64,000 nucleotides of DNA from an uncultured cyanobacterium (GCA_963740315.1 CAVUDP010000002.1:960001-1024000); one strand, 5' to 3'; positions 18,763 to 30,074 are shown, counted from the stretch's first letter. Numbers and translations: made by a program. Notes: generated by a model not told the origin, from the sequence alone.

Positions 18763-19218
18763 TTACTGTTCAATCTTCGTATATCCCAACTTCCAATTTT
18801 CTGGTTGCTTCAACTCTTCTTCTTTACCTTGCAAAATCAACTTGAGAGCAAAGCGAGTATTTAGCATTCCCTTCATTAAATAATGTCCGGGTTTAGCATA
18901 CACGCCATCAGTTGCAGCAGTACCACCGTAAGCAAGGATACCGCAGTAAGTCTTACTACCCGGTATTTCTATCTTTAACATTCTATCGTTGAGATAACCG
19001 CCTGGAATTTGAAATATACTATATACATGATGCTGTCCTTTCCAGGGTTCTACTACTATTTTTTCAGGATGAGTGTAGTATTTTTCAGCTTTGGAAGAAA
19101 ATCCCCAGTGACTGCAAGCTATAGCTGGCGATTTTTTGGAAACGTAGGAAAAACCCAGTACACAGATTAGGCTAGACAAAAACAGTATATAAGTAAATTT
19201 ACGCAAGATTTCTAACAA
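18763..19218 (-). CDS. Hypothetical exported/membrane-anchored protein
   Basis: 151-aa ORF with an N-terminal hydrophobic segment and protein-like composition. Confidence 0.7.
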   Translation of the reverse strand: MLEILRKFTYILFLSSLICVLGFSYVSKKSPAIACSHWGFSSKAEKYYTHPEKIVVEPWKGQHHVYSIFQIPGGYLNDRMLKIEIPGSKTYCGILAYGGTAATDGVYAKPGHYLMKGMLNTRFALKLILQGKEEELKQPENWKLGYTKIEQ

Positions 19219-19507
19219 AGTTAATTATATACAGCTAATTACCGTTACAGTTTATTAAGCCTAAATCAGGATATCAAGTCATATTTTACTCAAATATTTT
19301 TTGTTTAATTCCTTACAATATAATATTTGTCGCTAGTAAAGTACTCCACCATCTGAATTTCAATCCCAGTGGAACGAGTCAAAACGCTCATAGACTGGGC
19401 TGATGCAATACCCCCAGCTTCACCGATAAAAATACCAAATACATAGTAAAATTACTTAGACTATTAGTAGTCCGTCCCATTAATAAGTAATGGGTGTATC
19501 CTAAAAA

Positions 19508-19822
19508 CTATTGTTTTTTCTCCCCCCTCTTCCCCCTCTCCCCCCTCTTCCCTCGGCGGTGATATTTGTTATTGGATGGTTTACAAGAAGACTGGTAACA
19601 ACTGGAAAATAAGAGCGAATTCGAGAAGGCAAGTACAACTAAAGCCACCGTTGAATCTGGAATATACGTGCGGCGCGTGCCGTCGATAGAATGGCTAATC
19701 AAAATGTGCGTGTAGTTATATCTGTTTAGATTGCTAATTAAATTCCCATCGAAACTCACGCCGCATAAATTTACCCTCTCTTGTTTCAGGAAAGGAATCA
19801 CAAACGATCGAGCGGGAATCAT
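19508..19822 (-). CDS. Possible hypothetical protein; C-terminus reads into an STRR
   Basis: ATG ORF in a locally less AT-rich segment; no recognisable motif. Confidence 0.3.
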   Translation of the reverse strand: MIPARSFVIPFLKQERVNLCGVSFDGNLISNLNRYNYTHILISHSIDGTRRTYIPDSTVALVVLAFSNSLLFSSCYQSSCKPSNNKYHRRGKRGERGKRGEKKQ

Positions 19823-20705
19823 ATTTCAAATTATTCATTATCGATCGCTAGTCTTGGAAAACCACCCTTGACAAATTGCATTATCTAAGTTTTTGAATTC
19901 GATAATGTTGACAAAAGTTTGCGGAAAGTAAAACATTAATGGAGCGTATTATCTCATCATTTTTTATTTTTTAATAGCAAAATATTAATCTAAAAAACTA
20001 ATATTATTAGTACTCTTTATACTTTGTACCATGTAATAAATATATTCATATATGAACTGTTGCCTATTATTTATCTGCTATATAACTTGTCTTATTTAAA
20101 ACACATTCAAATAAATCATTAGTATCTAGCCAGACTTAAACGTCAATATTAACTACCATCTAATTAATCGCTAAACCTCAGTAATTACGCGGTTTTTCAG
20201 CCTTAACACAGAAATATAGTGAAGGACATAGTGATTAGAATAACTCAATATATACGGAGTATCTGATTTTAATTACTGAACCGAGGATATTTTATCTAAG
20301 TATTCTTGAGCAAAAATTATTGTTCAATAGAATACTCTAATATGACTTGCCATTGTATAAATTGTTAGTTAATAGACAAGATATAGCCGATATATTTAAT
20401 TTTTAAATAACCAAAATTAGAAAAAAAAATTTTTGTGTTTTTTTGAAAAATTGTTACACCGTCACAATCAAGAATTGATAAAGGTTTTACCCTTGCAATG
20501 TCAATTGAATGTCTGATATTTTGACAGTAATCTACGCTAAAACTCGGATACCCAAGTGAAAAGCTTCGTGCTATTGTGTTGCAGTTAATAGATAGTCAAA
20601 GCCAAAAAAATCAAGGTTTGGCAAATATCATGAGCGGGCAGTACGTTCGTTCGGAGAATAATCAAACCTCAGTTCTTTCGTAGCTTTAATTTAAAATTAA
20701 GACGC

Positions 20706-21674
20706 ATGAATCAAAGACTTTTGTGGACTGTTGTAGCTGTCATTTCAACCGTTGTTGGAACACCTTCTATTGGTCGCTCTGTGACGGTAAATGAACCATT
20801 AATTACCTCCCAGAAAACCCTTGAAAAAAATACAGAGGAGGTAAATAATAACGGCTCGAATACAGTTGTTACCAAGGTTTACGCACACAAATTAGCAGAC
20901 CGTCAGGCAGCAACTCTCTATATTCGCAACATTCCTGTTTTCACCTTCTTGAGTTCAGTTGCTAGCAATCAAGATTCAGATAAAGTAGCAGTTGAGAGCA
21001 ATAATAGTGACCCTGTAGAGAAAGCAACCCTACTAGCCGCAAAAATCAATGATTTAATCGACAAGAAAGTTGATGCCAGCCAGATTACCGTTAGCTGGAA
21101 CGGTAGCATCGAATCCTTGTCTGGAGCCAAAACCCCAACCGAACGCTACATTATCAAAGTTAACGGCTCCGAACTAGTAGAAATCGACGACGACATCCGG
21201 CTTCCCGACGCAACTAACAGTCTCAGACAAGATGCGCTGCAAGCAACCAATCGCTTGCGGAGACTTGTAGGTAAAGCATCTCCTCTAACAACAATTGCTG
21301 GCTTACCTCCAGAACTAACGGCACAAGCCCAAACACCCTCTGTTAAACAGCACACAAAGATTGCAAGAGGAAGAAAAAGAAGAGGCTTTAGAGGTATGGC
21401 TTCTTTCTACGGTTATGACGGTTCTGGTAACAAGACTGCTTCTGGTGAAAGATTTAATCCAGAGAGACTGACAGCCGCCCATCGCAGCTTACCTTTCGGT
21501 ACTAGAGTTCGCGTTACCAATATACGCAACGGTCGTTCTGTCGTTGTACGAATCAACGACCGAGGACCCTTCATTCGCGGTCGCGTCATTGACCTTTCCC
21601 ACCGTGCAGCACGAGTTATCAAAATGATTGGTAGAGGTGTCGCACCAGTCAGAATTGAAGTCTTAGGAAGATAA
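20706..21674 (+). CDS. rlpA: Septal ring lytic transglycosylase RlpA family protein
   Basis: Signal peptide; DPBB domain GMASFYG...TASGERF...[11 protein letters not shown]...RINDRGPF...IDLS. Confidence 0.93.
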   Translation: MNQRLLWTVVAVISTVVGTPSIGRSVTVNEPLITSQKTLEKNTEEVNNNGSNTVVTKVYAHKLADRQAATLYIRNIPVFTFLSSVASNQDSDKVAVESNNSDPVEKATLLAAKINDLIDKKVDASQITVSWNGSIESLSGAKTPTERYIIKVNGSELVEIDDDIRLPDATNSLRQDALQATNRLRRLVGKASPLTTIAGLPPELTAQAQTPSVKQHTKIARGRKRRGFRGMASFYGYDGSGNKTASGERFNPERLTAAHRSLPFGTRVRVTNIRNGRSVVVRINDRGPFIRGRVIDLSHRAARVIKMIGRGVAPVRIEVLGR

Positions 21675-22087
21675 GAATTGAGCATGGGGAATAGGGAATA
21701 GGCAGTAGGGAATAGGCAGTAGGGAATAGGGAGTAGTTAAGAGTTAGGAGTTAGGACCACCGGAGTTAAGAGTTAAGAGATGATATTGCGGAGGAAGCAA
21801 TTTAAAATTAATTAATATCCCCTGCCTCAAGAGCCAAAGAGCCGCCGTAGGCTCTCTTCTCCCCGTCTCCCCCGAACCCCATCTCCCCCGAACCCCGTCT
21901 CCCCCGAACCCCCTCTCCCCCGAACCCCCTCTCCACCTCTCCCCCTCTCCCCCTCTCCCCATCTCCTTCATCTTCACATTGCCTAAATTTAATTAAATAT
22001 CTTAATAATCCTCTATCTAATTAGTCTCTTTCCCCGAATTCGGATATAAACTAACGGGGGAAAGCTAGTGTAGATAGAGGTTTTTTT

Positions 22088-23710
22088 GTGCGCCTGTTGA
22101 CAACGGTCGCGGCATTACGCTGCTATTTAAATTTACTCCGTTGGCAAAGTAAGCCTTTGCATTCTGAGGAGCCGCTACCCCATGAGATGACAACTCGCCT
22201 CCAAACAGAAGTAGGCTTAGTTCCTACTATGGGAGCTTTGCATCAGGGTCATTTAAGCTTGATTGAACGGGCGCGGAAGGAAAATGCCATTGTAATAGTT
22301 AGTATTTTTGTCAACCCGCTACAATTTAGTCCTGACGAAGATTACGAACGCTATCCCCGCACTTTGGAGCAAGATAAGCAATTCTGCCAAAATGCCGGGG
22401 TAGATGCTATGTTTGTACCAAATCCGGAAGAGATGGGGGTTGTCCGGAAGAGTATACAAGTTTCTCAAAATTTACAAGATTCAAATGTTACACAAGTTAC
22501 TCCCCCATCTGGTATGATATCAGGCTTGTGTGGTCGTACTCGGCTAGGGCATTTTCAAGGTGTGGCTACTATTGTTACCAAGCTATTTAACTTGGTGCAG
22601 CCAGACCGGGCTTATTTTGGTCAAAAGGATGGTCAGCAATTAGCCCTGATTAAACGGCTTGTTACGGATCTTAATTTTCCAATAGAAATTGTCGCTTGTC
22701 CAATTGTTAGGGAAGCGAACGGACTTGCTTTAAGTTCCCGCAACCAGTATTTAACTGCAAGTCAGAAACACTCCGCAGCTGCTTTGTATCGTGGCTTGCA
22801 AAAAGCTCGTGCTGCGTTTCGCTCGGGAGTTCGCAAAAGCAGCATACTGATTGAAACTGTTCTTGAAGAAGTAGTAATAGTTAGTGATGTGACTGTAGAA
22901 TATACTGAATTGATTGAACCAACTACGTTAATACCGCTAGATGAAATTAAGGAGGAAGGAATGATTGCGATCGCCGCTCATCTTGGTTCTACACGACTGA
23001 TTGACAATATCATTTTGCGCGATCGCCAACCGATAGTCGCCATCGATGGACCTGCTGGTGCCGGTAAATCTACCGTAGCTCGTCAAGTAGCAGCTAAACT
23101 AGGGCTAGTATTCTTAGATACGGGTGCTATGTACCGTGCCTTTACATGGCTGGTATTGCAAAAGGGAATTGCAATAGATGATGAATGTGCGATCGCCGAG
23201 TTGGCTAACCGCTGTTCAATTAAATTGGCTCCCAGCGAAGATTTAAAATCGCCGGTACGAGTTTGGATTAATGATAACGACGTTACCGATCGGATTCGCA
23301 CGCCAGAGGTGACATCAAAAGTATCGGCGATCGCAGCACAAAGTGCCGTGCGTCAAGCGTTAGTAAAACAACAGCAAAGCTGGGGTAAAAAAGGCGGTTT
23401 AGTGGCAGAAGGACGAGATATCGGGACTCAAGTTTTTCCCGATGCTGAGGTCAAAATCTTCTTAACCGCAACTGTTTCCGAACGCGCACGCCGTCGCCAG
23501 GAAGACTTTCAAAGACAAGGACACGATCCACTCAGTCTTGAGGAACTCGAACGTAGCATAGCTGAACGCGACTGGAAAGATAGCACCAGACTGGTTTCAC
23601 CGCTAATGAAAGCAGTAGATGCTACCGAAATAGTTACGGATGGACTAACGATTGATGAAGTAACAACAAGAATTGTGAACCTTTATCACCAGTGCTTGGC
23701 TCATTTGTAA
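22088..23710 (+). CDS. panC/cmk: Bifunctional pantoate-beta-alanine ligase / cytidylate kinase
   Basis: PTMGALHQGH, FGQKD and GLALSSRN (PanC); IDGPAGAGKST and DTGAMYRA (Cmk). Confidence 0.96.
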   Translation: MRLLTTVAALRCYLNLLRWQSKPLHSEEPLPHEMTTRLQTEVGLVPTMGALHQGHLSLIERARKENAIVIVSIFVNPLQFSPDEDYERYPRTLEQDKQFCQNAGVDAMFVPNPEEMGVVRKSIQVSQNLQDSNVTQVTPPSGMISGLCGRTRLGHFQGVATIVTKLFNLVQPDRAYFGQKDGQQLALIKRLVTDLNFPIEIVACPIVREANGLALSSRNQYLTASQKHSAAALYRGLQKARAAFRSGVRKSSILIETVLEEVVIVSDVTVEYTELIEPTTLIPLDEIKEEGMIAIAAHLGSTRLIDNIILRDRQPIVAIDGPAGAGKSTVARQVAAKLGLVFLDTGAMYRAFTWLVLQKGIAIDDECAIAELANRCSIKLAPSEDLKSPVRVWINDNDVTDRIRTPEVTSKVSAIAAQSAVRQALVKQQQSWGKKGGLVAEGRDIGTQVFPDAEVKIFLTATVSERARRRQEDFQRQGHDPLSLEELERSIAERDWKDSTRLVSPLMKAVDATEIVTDGLTIDEVTTRIVNLYHQCLAHL

Positions 23711-24114
23711 TCGCTTTGGGGTCGATAGCATCTTTTTTCTTCGCTCGGAGAACTTAACGACCACTTTCTATTTTGGCATCATAAAGAAACTCTGTCATCC
23801 TTTTTAGGGGATAGAGTTCTCAAATTCTAGTTAGAAATTAATAAATCTTCTGTTAGCACTTTTGGTGGTGACAGGAGAATACCATTTGGATATTTAATAG
23901 AATAGAAAAGAAAAAAATATCGGATAAGCAGGTAAGTTATCTCAGATTAAGGGTTGTCTGAGTTCCCCAATAGCACTAAGCTAAATGGGGTAGGGGGGGA
24001 TAGCAGAGTAAACACGCCGGAGTTTTATATCCGAATTCTTTACTGCAAGCTAGATAATGCTTCCCCAAGCTTTCGACAAACATCTTGAAGATAAGCCTTC
24101 TCCAAAAAAAAACC

Positions 24115-24588
24115 ATGTTCAAAAAAATAGCTGCTAAACTAAAATCCAATTACCCCGCACCACAGGTACACGCTCATTGCGACGGACCTTGTGGAGTCTA
24201 CGATCCTTCTTCTGCAAGAATTACAGCAGAAGCAGTAGTGTCCATGACCAAGAAAATCATGGATTTGCAGCATCCAGAGGTTGGCGATAAAGCATCAATG
24301 ATTGCTTACCACAACACCTTGTCTCGCTTCGTTGCTATCAAAGAAGAACAAGCTCAAAAAACCAAAGAAGACTTATTAATTCTTTGGACAGATTATTTTA
24401 AGCCAGTACACCTCGAAAAGTATCCTGACTTACACGACACTTTCTGGAAAGCAGCAAAGCTTTGCTCCGCTTGTAAAGTAGAAGTTAATCTCGACCACGC
24501 CAACGAATTAATGGAAGCCGTACATAAAATCCATAATATGTTCTGGGCAACCAAAGACCGTGATGTTGCTTGGTACAAAGCTAGCTAA
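24115..24588 (+). CDS. sodN: Nickel superoxide dismutase precursor
   Basis: Ni-hook HCDGPCGVYDP after a 20-aa leader; ATG at 24115. Confidence 0.97.
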   Translation: MFKKIAAKLKSNYPAPQVHAHCDGPCGVYDPSSARITAEAVVSMTKKIMDLQHPEVGDKASMIAYHNTLSRFVAIKEEQAQKTKEDLLILWTDYFKPVHLEKYPDLHDTFWKAAKLCSACKVEVNLDHANELMEAVHKIHNMFWATKDRDVAWYKAS

Positions 24589-24629
24589 GACAGAGTTGAG
24601 TCGATAAAGCTTTTAACTTGGTTGGAGCA

Positions 24630-24974
24630 ATGAACGAGGAATTACAAACAGCCTTCAAATTGCTACAGCTGCTTGTGGGAATGCGGAAAAGATTGCGTGT
24701 TAGCGGTTCTTCAATGCTTCCGGAGCTTCAGCCAGGAGAAGAAATATTATTTAATCCAAAAGCTTATCGGCAAAAGCTGCCAAAAGTAGGCGATATCGTA
24801 GTTGCAAGACATCCCGAGAGAGCAAAACAAATAATCAAGAGAGTGGCTTTAGTACTTGAAGATGGTTCTTGTTTTCTTACAGGAGACAATGCCCAAGCAA
24901 GTACAGATAGCCGCTCTTTCGGTTTTATCCCCCTCAACAAAATTCTTGGCAAAGTTACGTCGAAATTTCCTTAA
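24630..24974 (+). CDS. sodX: Ni-SOD maturation protease (S26 family)
   Basis: SGSSMLP, GDIVVARHP, IIKRV, GDNAQASTDSRSFG; directly downstream of sodN. Confidence 0.93.
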   Translation: MNEELQTAFKLLQLLVGMRKRLRVSGSSMLPELQPGEEILFNPKAYRQKLPKVGDIVVARHPERAKQIIKRVALVLEDGSCFLTGDNAQASTDSRSFGFIPLNKILGKVTSKFP

Positions 24975-25028
24975 TCAGTTACCAGTCACCAATCACCAGT
25001 TACCAGTTACCAGTTACCAGTAATAAAC

Positions 25029-25235
25029 ATGAATAGTACAGAATTAGGAAAATATATAGAAGTAACTGAAGGTATTTCCAAACCTTGGCTGCTAGTACAG
25101 TTACGACTCCTGAAGCTAGAAGAAAATCGAGATAAACTTTCAGAAAACGAATATGCAGAAAACCTACAAGACATCCATGAAGATTTAATGAATTTAGGAG
25201 AATGGTGGGTTGGCATCGAAGACAAAGTATTTTGA
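25029..25235 (+). CDS. Small conserved hypothetical protein (68 aa)
   Basis: ATG ORF co-oriented between sodX and purM, with protein-like sequence. Confidence 0.75.
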   Translation: MNSTELGKYIEVTEGISKPWLLVQLRLLKLEENRDKLSENEYAENLQDIHEDLMNLGEWWVGIEDKVF

Positions 25236-25364
25236 CAGCGAACCGCAAATCATAAATAATTAACATTACAAACAATAAATAACTAGTAACTGATGACTGT
25301 TAACTGTTAACTGCTAACTGCTAACTGGTCACTGGTCACTGGTCACTGGTCACTGGTTACTGAA

Positions 25365-26399
25365 ATGGATTATCGGGATGCAGGGGTTGATGTTGAAGCT
25401 GGACGCGATTTTGTTGGTCAAATTCGCAATTTGGTTCACAGCACTTTTAGAAAGGAAGTAATTGGTGGATTGGGTGGCTTTGGAGGTTGCTTTGAGTTAC
25501 CCGCAGGTTATAAGCAACCCGTTCTCATTTCGGGTACTGATGGTGTTGGAACAAAGTTGAAAATAGCCAATATTATCAATCGTCATGACACGGTTGGTAT
25601 CGATTTAGTGGCGATGTGCGTTAACGATGTGCTGACATCTGGTGCAGAACCTTTATTTTTTTTGGATTATTTAGCGACGGGTAAACTCGAACCAGAACAG
25701 TTAACTCAGGTAGTTGCAGGTGTCGCTTCTGGCTGCAAGCAAGCGGGTTGCGCTTTACTGGGAGGAGAAACCGCCGAAATGCCGGGTTTTTACCAAGTAG
25801 GAGAATATGACTTGGCTGGCTTTTGCGTGGGAATTGTTGAGAAAAGTCAGATGCTTGATGGAAGTAGGGTAGAAATAGGTGATGTGGCGATCGCTCTTGC
25901 GAGTTCTGGAGTACACAGCAATGGCTTTAGTTTAGTAAGAAAAATTATTAGCGATAAAGGATTAAGTTGGAACGATACCCCAAGTTTATTGGGCGGTAAA
26001 TCTTTAGGTGAAACTTTTTTAACGCCGACGTGCATTTACGTTAAACCAGTATTAGCGGCGCAAAAAGCTGGTTTAGAAATCCACGCAATGGCGCATATTA
26101 CAGGTGGTGGATTACCGGAAAACTTACCCAGATGCTTGGGAGAAGGTAAATCTTTTGAAATTAAAACCCATAGCTGGACAATTCCCCCCGTGTTTGAATG
26201 GTTAGCACAAGTCGGTGATGTTAATCCGAGTGCTATGTACAATACTTTCAATATGGGAATTGGTTTTGTTGTATTAGTTCCACCCTCACAAGCACAGCAA
26301 ACGATTAGCTTTTTTGAATCCCAAAATATTACAGCTTATAACATTGGTGAAATAATTTATGGCAATGGAGAATTGATTGGTTTACCAGATCAAAAGTGA
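25365..26399 (+). CDS. purM: Phosphoribosylformylglycinamidine cyclo-ligase (AIR synthetase)
   Basis: [31 protein letters not shown] and HITGGG motifs. Confidence 0.98.
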   Translation: MDYRDAGVDVEAGRDFVGQIRNLVHSTFRKEVIGGLGGFGGCFELPAGYKQPVLISGTDGVGTKLKIANIINRHDTVGIDLVAMCVNDVLTSGAEPLFFLDYLATGKLEPEQLTQVVAGVASGCKQAGCALLGGETAEMPGFYQVGEYDLAGFCVGIVEKSQMLDGSRVEIGDVAIALASSGVHSNGFSLVRKIISDKGLSWNDTPSLLGGKSLGETFLTPTCIYVKPVLAAQKAGLEIHAMAHITGGGLPENLPRCLGEGKSFEIKTHSWTIPPVFEWLAQVGDVNPSAMYNTFNMGIGFVVLVPPSQAQQTISFFESQNITAYNIGEIIYGNGELIGLPDQK

Positions 26400-26741
26400 C
26401 AAATTATACATATATTCCGGCGTTTGAATGCATCTTTTTAGATAGATAAGGCGCTACATATTCCTGTGTACGGTATTTTTACTTGTTATACAAAAATTAT
26501 TTTATAGCTTAATTACTTGAGTAATAAGAACTATTTATTACTGCAATACTGATAAATCATCTGAAAGACTCATGACCATAAACATTAAAATTTGCTAAGT
26601 TAGTCTTAACATATTGCAAAAGTTTGCTAAAAACATGCGAAAAGTTGATGTTAAAACAAATCCGAAGCATAGATGTTTTCCGGACTACAAGTGTGGGTGA
26701 GTGGATTGTTAAGAATAAATAATTTTACACAAGAAAAGGCT

Positions 26742-27431
26742 ATGGTTGTAAATACTGCCCTTACTTGTGCCTCTAAGACGCTTTTACAAGAAGTATTTGA
26801 GAACTTAGACGCACAAAGTTGTCCGAATCATTATAATTTTCACATGCATACCGTATATTCTGATGGTCAAATGGAGCCTTCAGAGGTAATCGGGCAAGCA
26901 ATTGACAATGGTTTAAAAGGACTTGCAATTACCGACCATCATAATACAGGTGGCTATCAAGCTGCTAAAAAATGGTTGCAAGACTGGAAATCGAATAATC
27001 CCGATGCCGATGTGCCTTATTTATGGAGCGGTGTTGAAATAAATGCCAATCTTTTGGATGTGGAAGTTCATATTTTAGGTTACGCATTTGAGCCAGAGCA
27101 TTCGAGCATACAAGCCTATATTCAAGGAAAAACAGTTACGGGTTCCGAGTATGAAGCTGTAAATATAATTGCTGCAATTCAGGAAGCTGGAGGATTGGCA
27201 GTACTAGCTCATCCAGCACGTTATAGAAGGAAAAGCCATTTCGAGTTAATTCCTGCTGCTGCTGAATTAGGAATCGATGGTGTGGAGAGCTTTTATGCTT
27301 ACAGCAGTCGCAAACCCTGGAAACCAAGTCCCACCCAAACGCAACAAGTGCAGCGATTAGCCATCGAATATGGATTGTATAGTACTTGCGGTACGGATAG
27401 CCACGGTTTTAGCTTACTCGAACGGTTATAA
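26742..27431 (+). CDS. PHP domain metal-dependent phosphoesterase
   Basis: HMHTVYSDG, AITDH, HILGY, LAHP and GTDSHG motifs; start uncertain (26673 or 26742). Confidence 0.9.
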   Translation: MVVNTALTCASKTLLQEVFENLDAQSCPNHYNFHMHTVYSDGQMEPSEVIGQAIDNGLKGLAITDHHNTGGYQAAKKWLQDWKSNNPDADVPYLWSGVEINANLLDVEVHILGYAFEPEHSSIQAYIQGKTVTGSEYEAVNIIAAIQEAGGLAVLAHPARYRRKSHFELIPAAAELGIDGVESFYAYSSRKPWKPSPTQTQQVQRLAIEYGLYSTCGTDSHGFSLLERL

Positions 27432-27500
27432 GTATTTAGCAGTTAGTAGTTGATTGTTAATTGGGTATTTTAACTATCAACTAACAACTAACAAACGTTC

Positions 27501-28142
27501 TTATTTTTGAAATTCTGATAATAACCAAGCACCAACTTGACTTTGATTCATCCGACGAGTACGACGAAAAGCTTCTTCAAGAATTGAAATATTTAAACCT
27601 GGCAATACTTGAGATTGAGTGATTCTTCTACTACCGTTATTTTCTATACAAAAAGCTATAATACGAACGTTTTTTACATCTATAATCCAATATTCGCCTA
27701 TTCCTAACTCTTCGTAGAGCAGACGTTTTTCACCTTGATCGTCAGCTAAAGAAGTATTAGCAACTTCAATTACTAAATTCGGTGCTGGATAATCATTAAG
27801 GCTAATTATGGAAGTACCGAAAGGGATTGCATCAGCATTATCGCCAATATAATATGATACATCTGGTTGAATGTCATTAAAGCCTATTTTACGGTAAGTA
27901 CAGTTATCTCCACCATTAATACTGATACCTTTAATAGTGGCAAAAAGATTAACGGCATAAATAATAACCGTATGATCTCGTGAATGGTCAAAACCTACTG
28001 GTGGCATTTCAATCCTCATTTTACCGTTGTAGTAGTAACCCTTAGCTTTTTCATAAGCAGGGTTTTCAATTATCTGGATATATTCATCCCAAGACACTGC
28101 TACCCAAGTGTCAGTCGCTATTTTTGTTTGTAAATTGCTCAT
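27501..28142 (-). CDS. Uma2 family (DUF820) endonuclease-like protein
   Basis: QPDVS, PNLVIEVA, KRLLYEELGIGEYWIID. Confidence 0.92.
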   Translation of the reverse strand: MSNLQTKIATDTWVAVSWDEYIQIIENPAYEKAKGYYYNGKMRIEMPPVGFDHSRDHTVIIYAVNLFATIKGISINGGDNCTYRKIGFNDIQPDVSYYIGDNADAIPFGTSIISLNDYPAPNLVIEVANTSLADDQGEKRLLYEELGIGEYWIIDVKNVRIIAFCIENNGSRRITQSQVLPGLNISILEEAFRRTRRMNQSQVGAWLLSEFQK

Positions 28143-28203
28143 GATTGATTTGAGCCGATAATAGTTTACTTTATTATGACAGTGTAATTTAAAGTCGATC
28201 GTA

Positions 28204-28325
28204 ATCTGAAATGGGAGCATCCCAAATCTATAATTTTGTAGTGCGAGCATCTTGCTCGCTATAGATATCCAGATGCTCGCACTATCTGCGGATTTTTCAA
28301 TAGTTAGGATGCTCTCATCTGAAAT
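28204..28325. mobile_element. 104-bp MITE (28213-28316) with a 9-bp target-site duplication and internal REP-like hairpin
   Basis: ATCTGAAAT direct repeats at 28204-28212 and 28317-28325; TIR GGGAGCATCCCAA / TTAGGATGCTCTC; internal TAGTGCGAGCATCT...AGATGCTCGCACTA. Confidence 0.82.
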
Positions 28326-28427
28326 CCTATACTTAGAATTAATAAATCAGATTTTTATAAAAACCAAATTTCTCAATACCACACAATATTCTCTTATTGA
28401 TAACTGTTCACTGTTCACTGTTCACTG

Positions 28428-29006
28428 CTAACTGCTAACTGTCAAACTGTAATCAATTAATTCTGGAAAGAATGCCGAAAAATCAGCTTGAAGTTGCTGA
28501 TAGTTAAAAATTAATTCTTCCACTCCACCAAACAAATTATTTTCCCTTTTGATTCTACGAGAAAGTCCGTTAATGGCTCTATCAATCGTAGATATTTTTC
28601 TATATGATGCCAGCCAATCATGAGCAATCATATCTGGAAGAATACTTTTTAATCGTTCGGGAAGTATGCTTTTATTCTCTAGCAGTACTTTATAAACATG
28701 ATTTGTAAAATCGTTTAGTGAAATAGTTGAATAATTAGACCAGTTTTGAGCTAAGAAATGATCGTAAAATACATCAATCATAATTCCCGAAAATCTACGT
28801 CTACCAATACCAATCAGTCTTTTACTTGACCTAAAGATTCGGTGCGAGTCCGTGTAACTATCTATTTTTCGATGTAAATAAATACCTTTGATTATTTCCT
28901 TTGAATAAATATTTTCTATCGAACCCTTTACAAAATCCCCTAAAAGATTTCCTATCAAAGACTCTGGTGTACCATCTGATAAAAATAAATGAGCTAAGTA
29001 ATTCAT
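28428..29006 (-). CDS. acpH: Acyl carrier protein phosphodiesterase (AcpH/DUF479)
   Basis: MNYLAHLFLS, GNLLGDFVKG, HRKIDSYTDSH, DVFYDHFLA. Confidence 0.88.
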   Translation of the reverse strand: MNYLAHLFLSDGTPESLIGNLLGDFVKGSIENIYSKEIIKGIYLHRKIDSYTDSHRIFRSSKRLIGIGRRRFSGIMIDVFYDHFLAQNWSNYSTISLNDFTNHVYKVLLENKSILPERLKSILPDMIAHDWLASYRKISTIDRAINGLSRRIKRENNLFGGVEELIFNYQQLQADFSAFFPELIDYSLTVSS

Positions 29007-29126
29007 TGGTACTAACAAATCCGTGAATATTTAATACAATGTAATACTTTTAACTTTAATTGTTAAGCAAACAATATTATAAATTAATTACCTAATTTCA
29101 TTGAAAAAGTTATTTAAAAATTATTT

Positions 29127-29864
29127 ATGAGTCAATTGTGGAATGATTTTACGAACTGGTATCCAAGTGAAATGATATCAAATGACCGCACGAGTTTAAT
29201 ATTATTAGTAGGAATTGCTATAGTTACTGGAATTATGTGGCAAAGTCGAAGTGGTAAAAAAATTCTTTATCCCTTAACTTTACTATCAACTTGGTACCAT
29301 GAGATGGCACATGGTTTAATGGCTGTGTTGCTAGGAGCAAATTTCAAGAAACTAGAGATTTTTGCTAATGGTAATGGATTAGCTCGGTATGAATATCGCG
29401 GTTCGCTATTTTTAGGATCGATTGGTAACGTACTTGTTTCTGCTGCTGGTCCGATGGGACCTCCTATTATCGGTGCTGGTTTTATTTTGGCTTCTCGTAG
29501 TTGGCAAACATCCCAGCAACTTTTAATTATTTTGGGCAGCTTTATGTTAATTTCAGTTCTAATTTGGGTACGAACTGGAATTGGAATTATCCTAATTACT
29601 TTACTTGGTTTAATAATTTTAGGAATCGGATTAGAAGCACCGCCACAAATCAAAGTTTTTGCAATTCAGTTTCTTGGCGTGCAGGCTTGTATAAGCACAT
29701 TCCGCGATTTTAATTATGTTTTTCGCTATTGCGGTGGTAATTCTGATACTGCTCAAATTGCCTCCATTTTGATTTTGCCACATTGGTTTTGGGGAATTTT
29801 AATCACGATCGCATCCCTTTTTCTCTTAATTCAAAGTCTTCGGATTGCTTATCTTTCCAATTAA
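29127..29864 (+). CDS. M50B-like membrane metallopeptidase
   Basis: HEMAH zinc motif, AAGPMGP, multiple TM segments, SDTAQ. Confidence 0.85.
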   Translation: MSQLWNDFTNWYPSEMISNDRTSLILLVGIAIVTGIMWQSRSGKKILYPLTLLSTWYHEMAHGLMAVLLGANFKKLEIFANGNGLARYEYRGSLFLGSIGNVLVSAAGPMGPPIIGAGFILASRSWQTSQQLLIILGSFMLISVLIWVRTGIGIILITLLGLIILGIGLEAPPQIKVFAIQFLGVQACISTFRDFNYVFRYCGGNSDTAQIASILILPHWFWGILITIASLFLLIQSLRIAYLSN

Positions 29865-29876
29865 TTACTAAATCCG

Positions 29877-30074
29877 ATGAATATTGTGTGCGATCGCTGT
29901 GGATACACAAGCCATTACTCGCAATGGGATGAATGGGTGAATTGTCAAGTTGCGATCGCACAATATTTAGATAGTTTACAATTCTTCGCGGCTTTATGTG
30001 AAGCTCGAAATCTTAGCAGCCCAGAAATGTTACCGTATTCTGACGCTGAAGAAGATTTGTATGTTTTACTGTAA
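29877..30074 (+). CDS. Short hypothetical ORF or gene remnant with CxxC
   Basis: ATG 13 bp after the M50 gene; CDRC motif; contains two HIP1 sites. Confidence 0.35.
   Translation: MNIVCDRCGYTSHYSQWDEWVNCQVAIAQYLDSLQFFAALCEARNLSSPEMLPYSDAEEDLYVLL

Noticed and set aside
27501..28250. Longer Uma2 ORF starting at 28250
   Set aside because: The extension starts inside the MITE at 28213-28316; the ATG at 28142 gives a typical Uma2 length.
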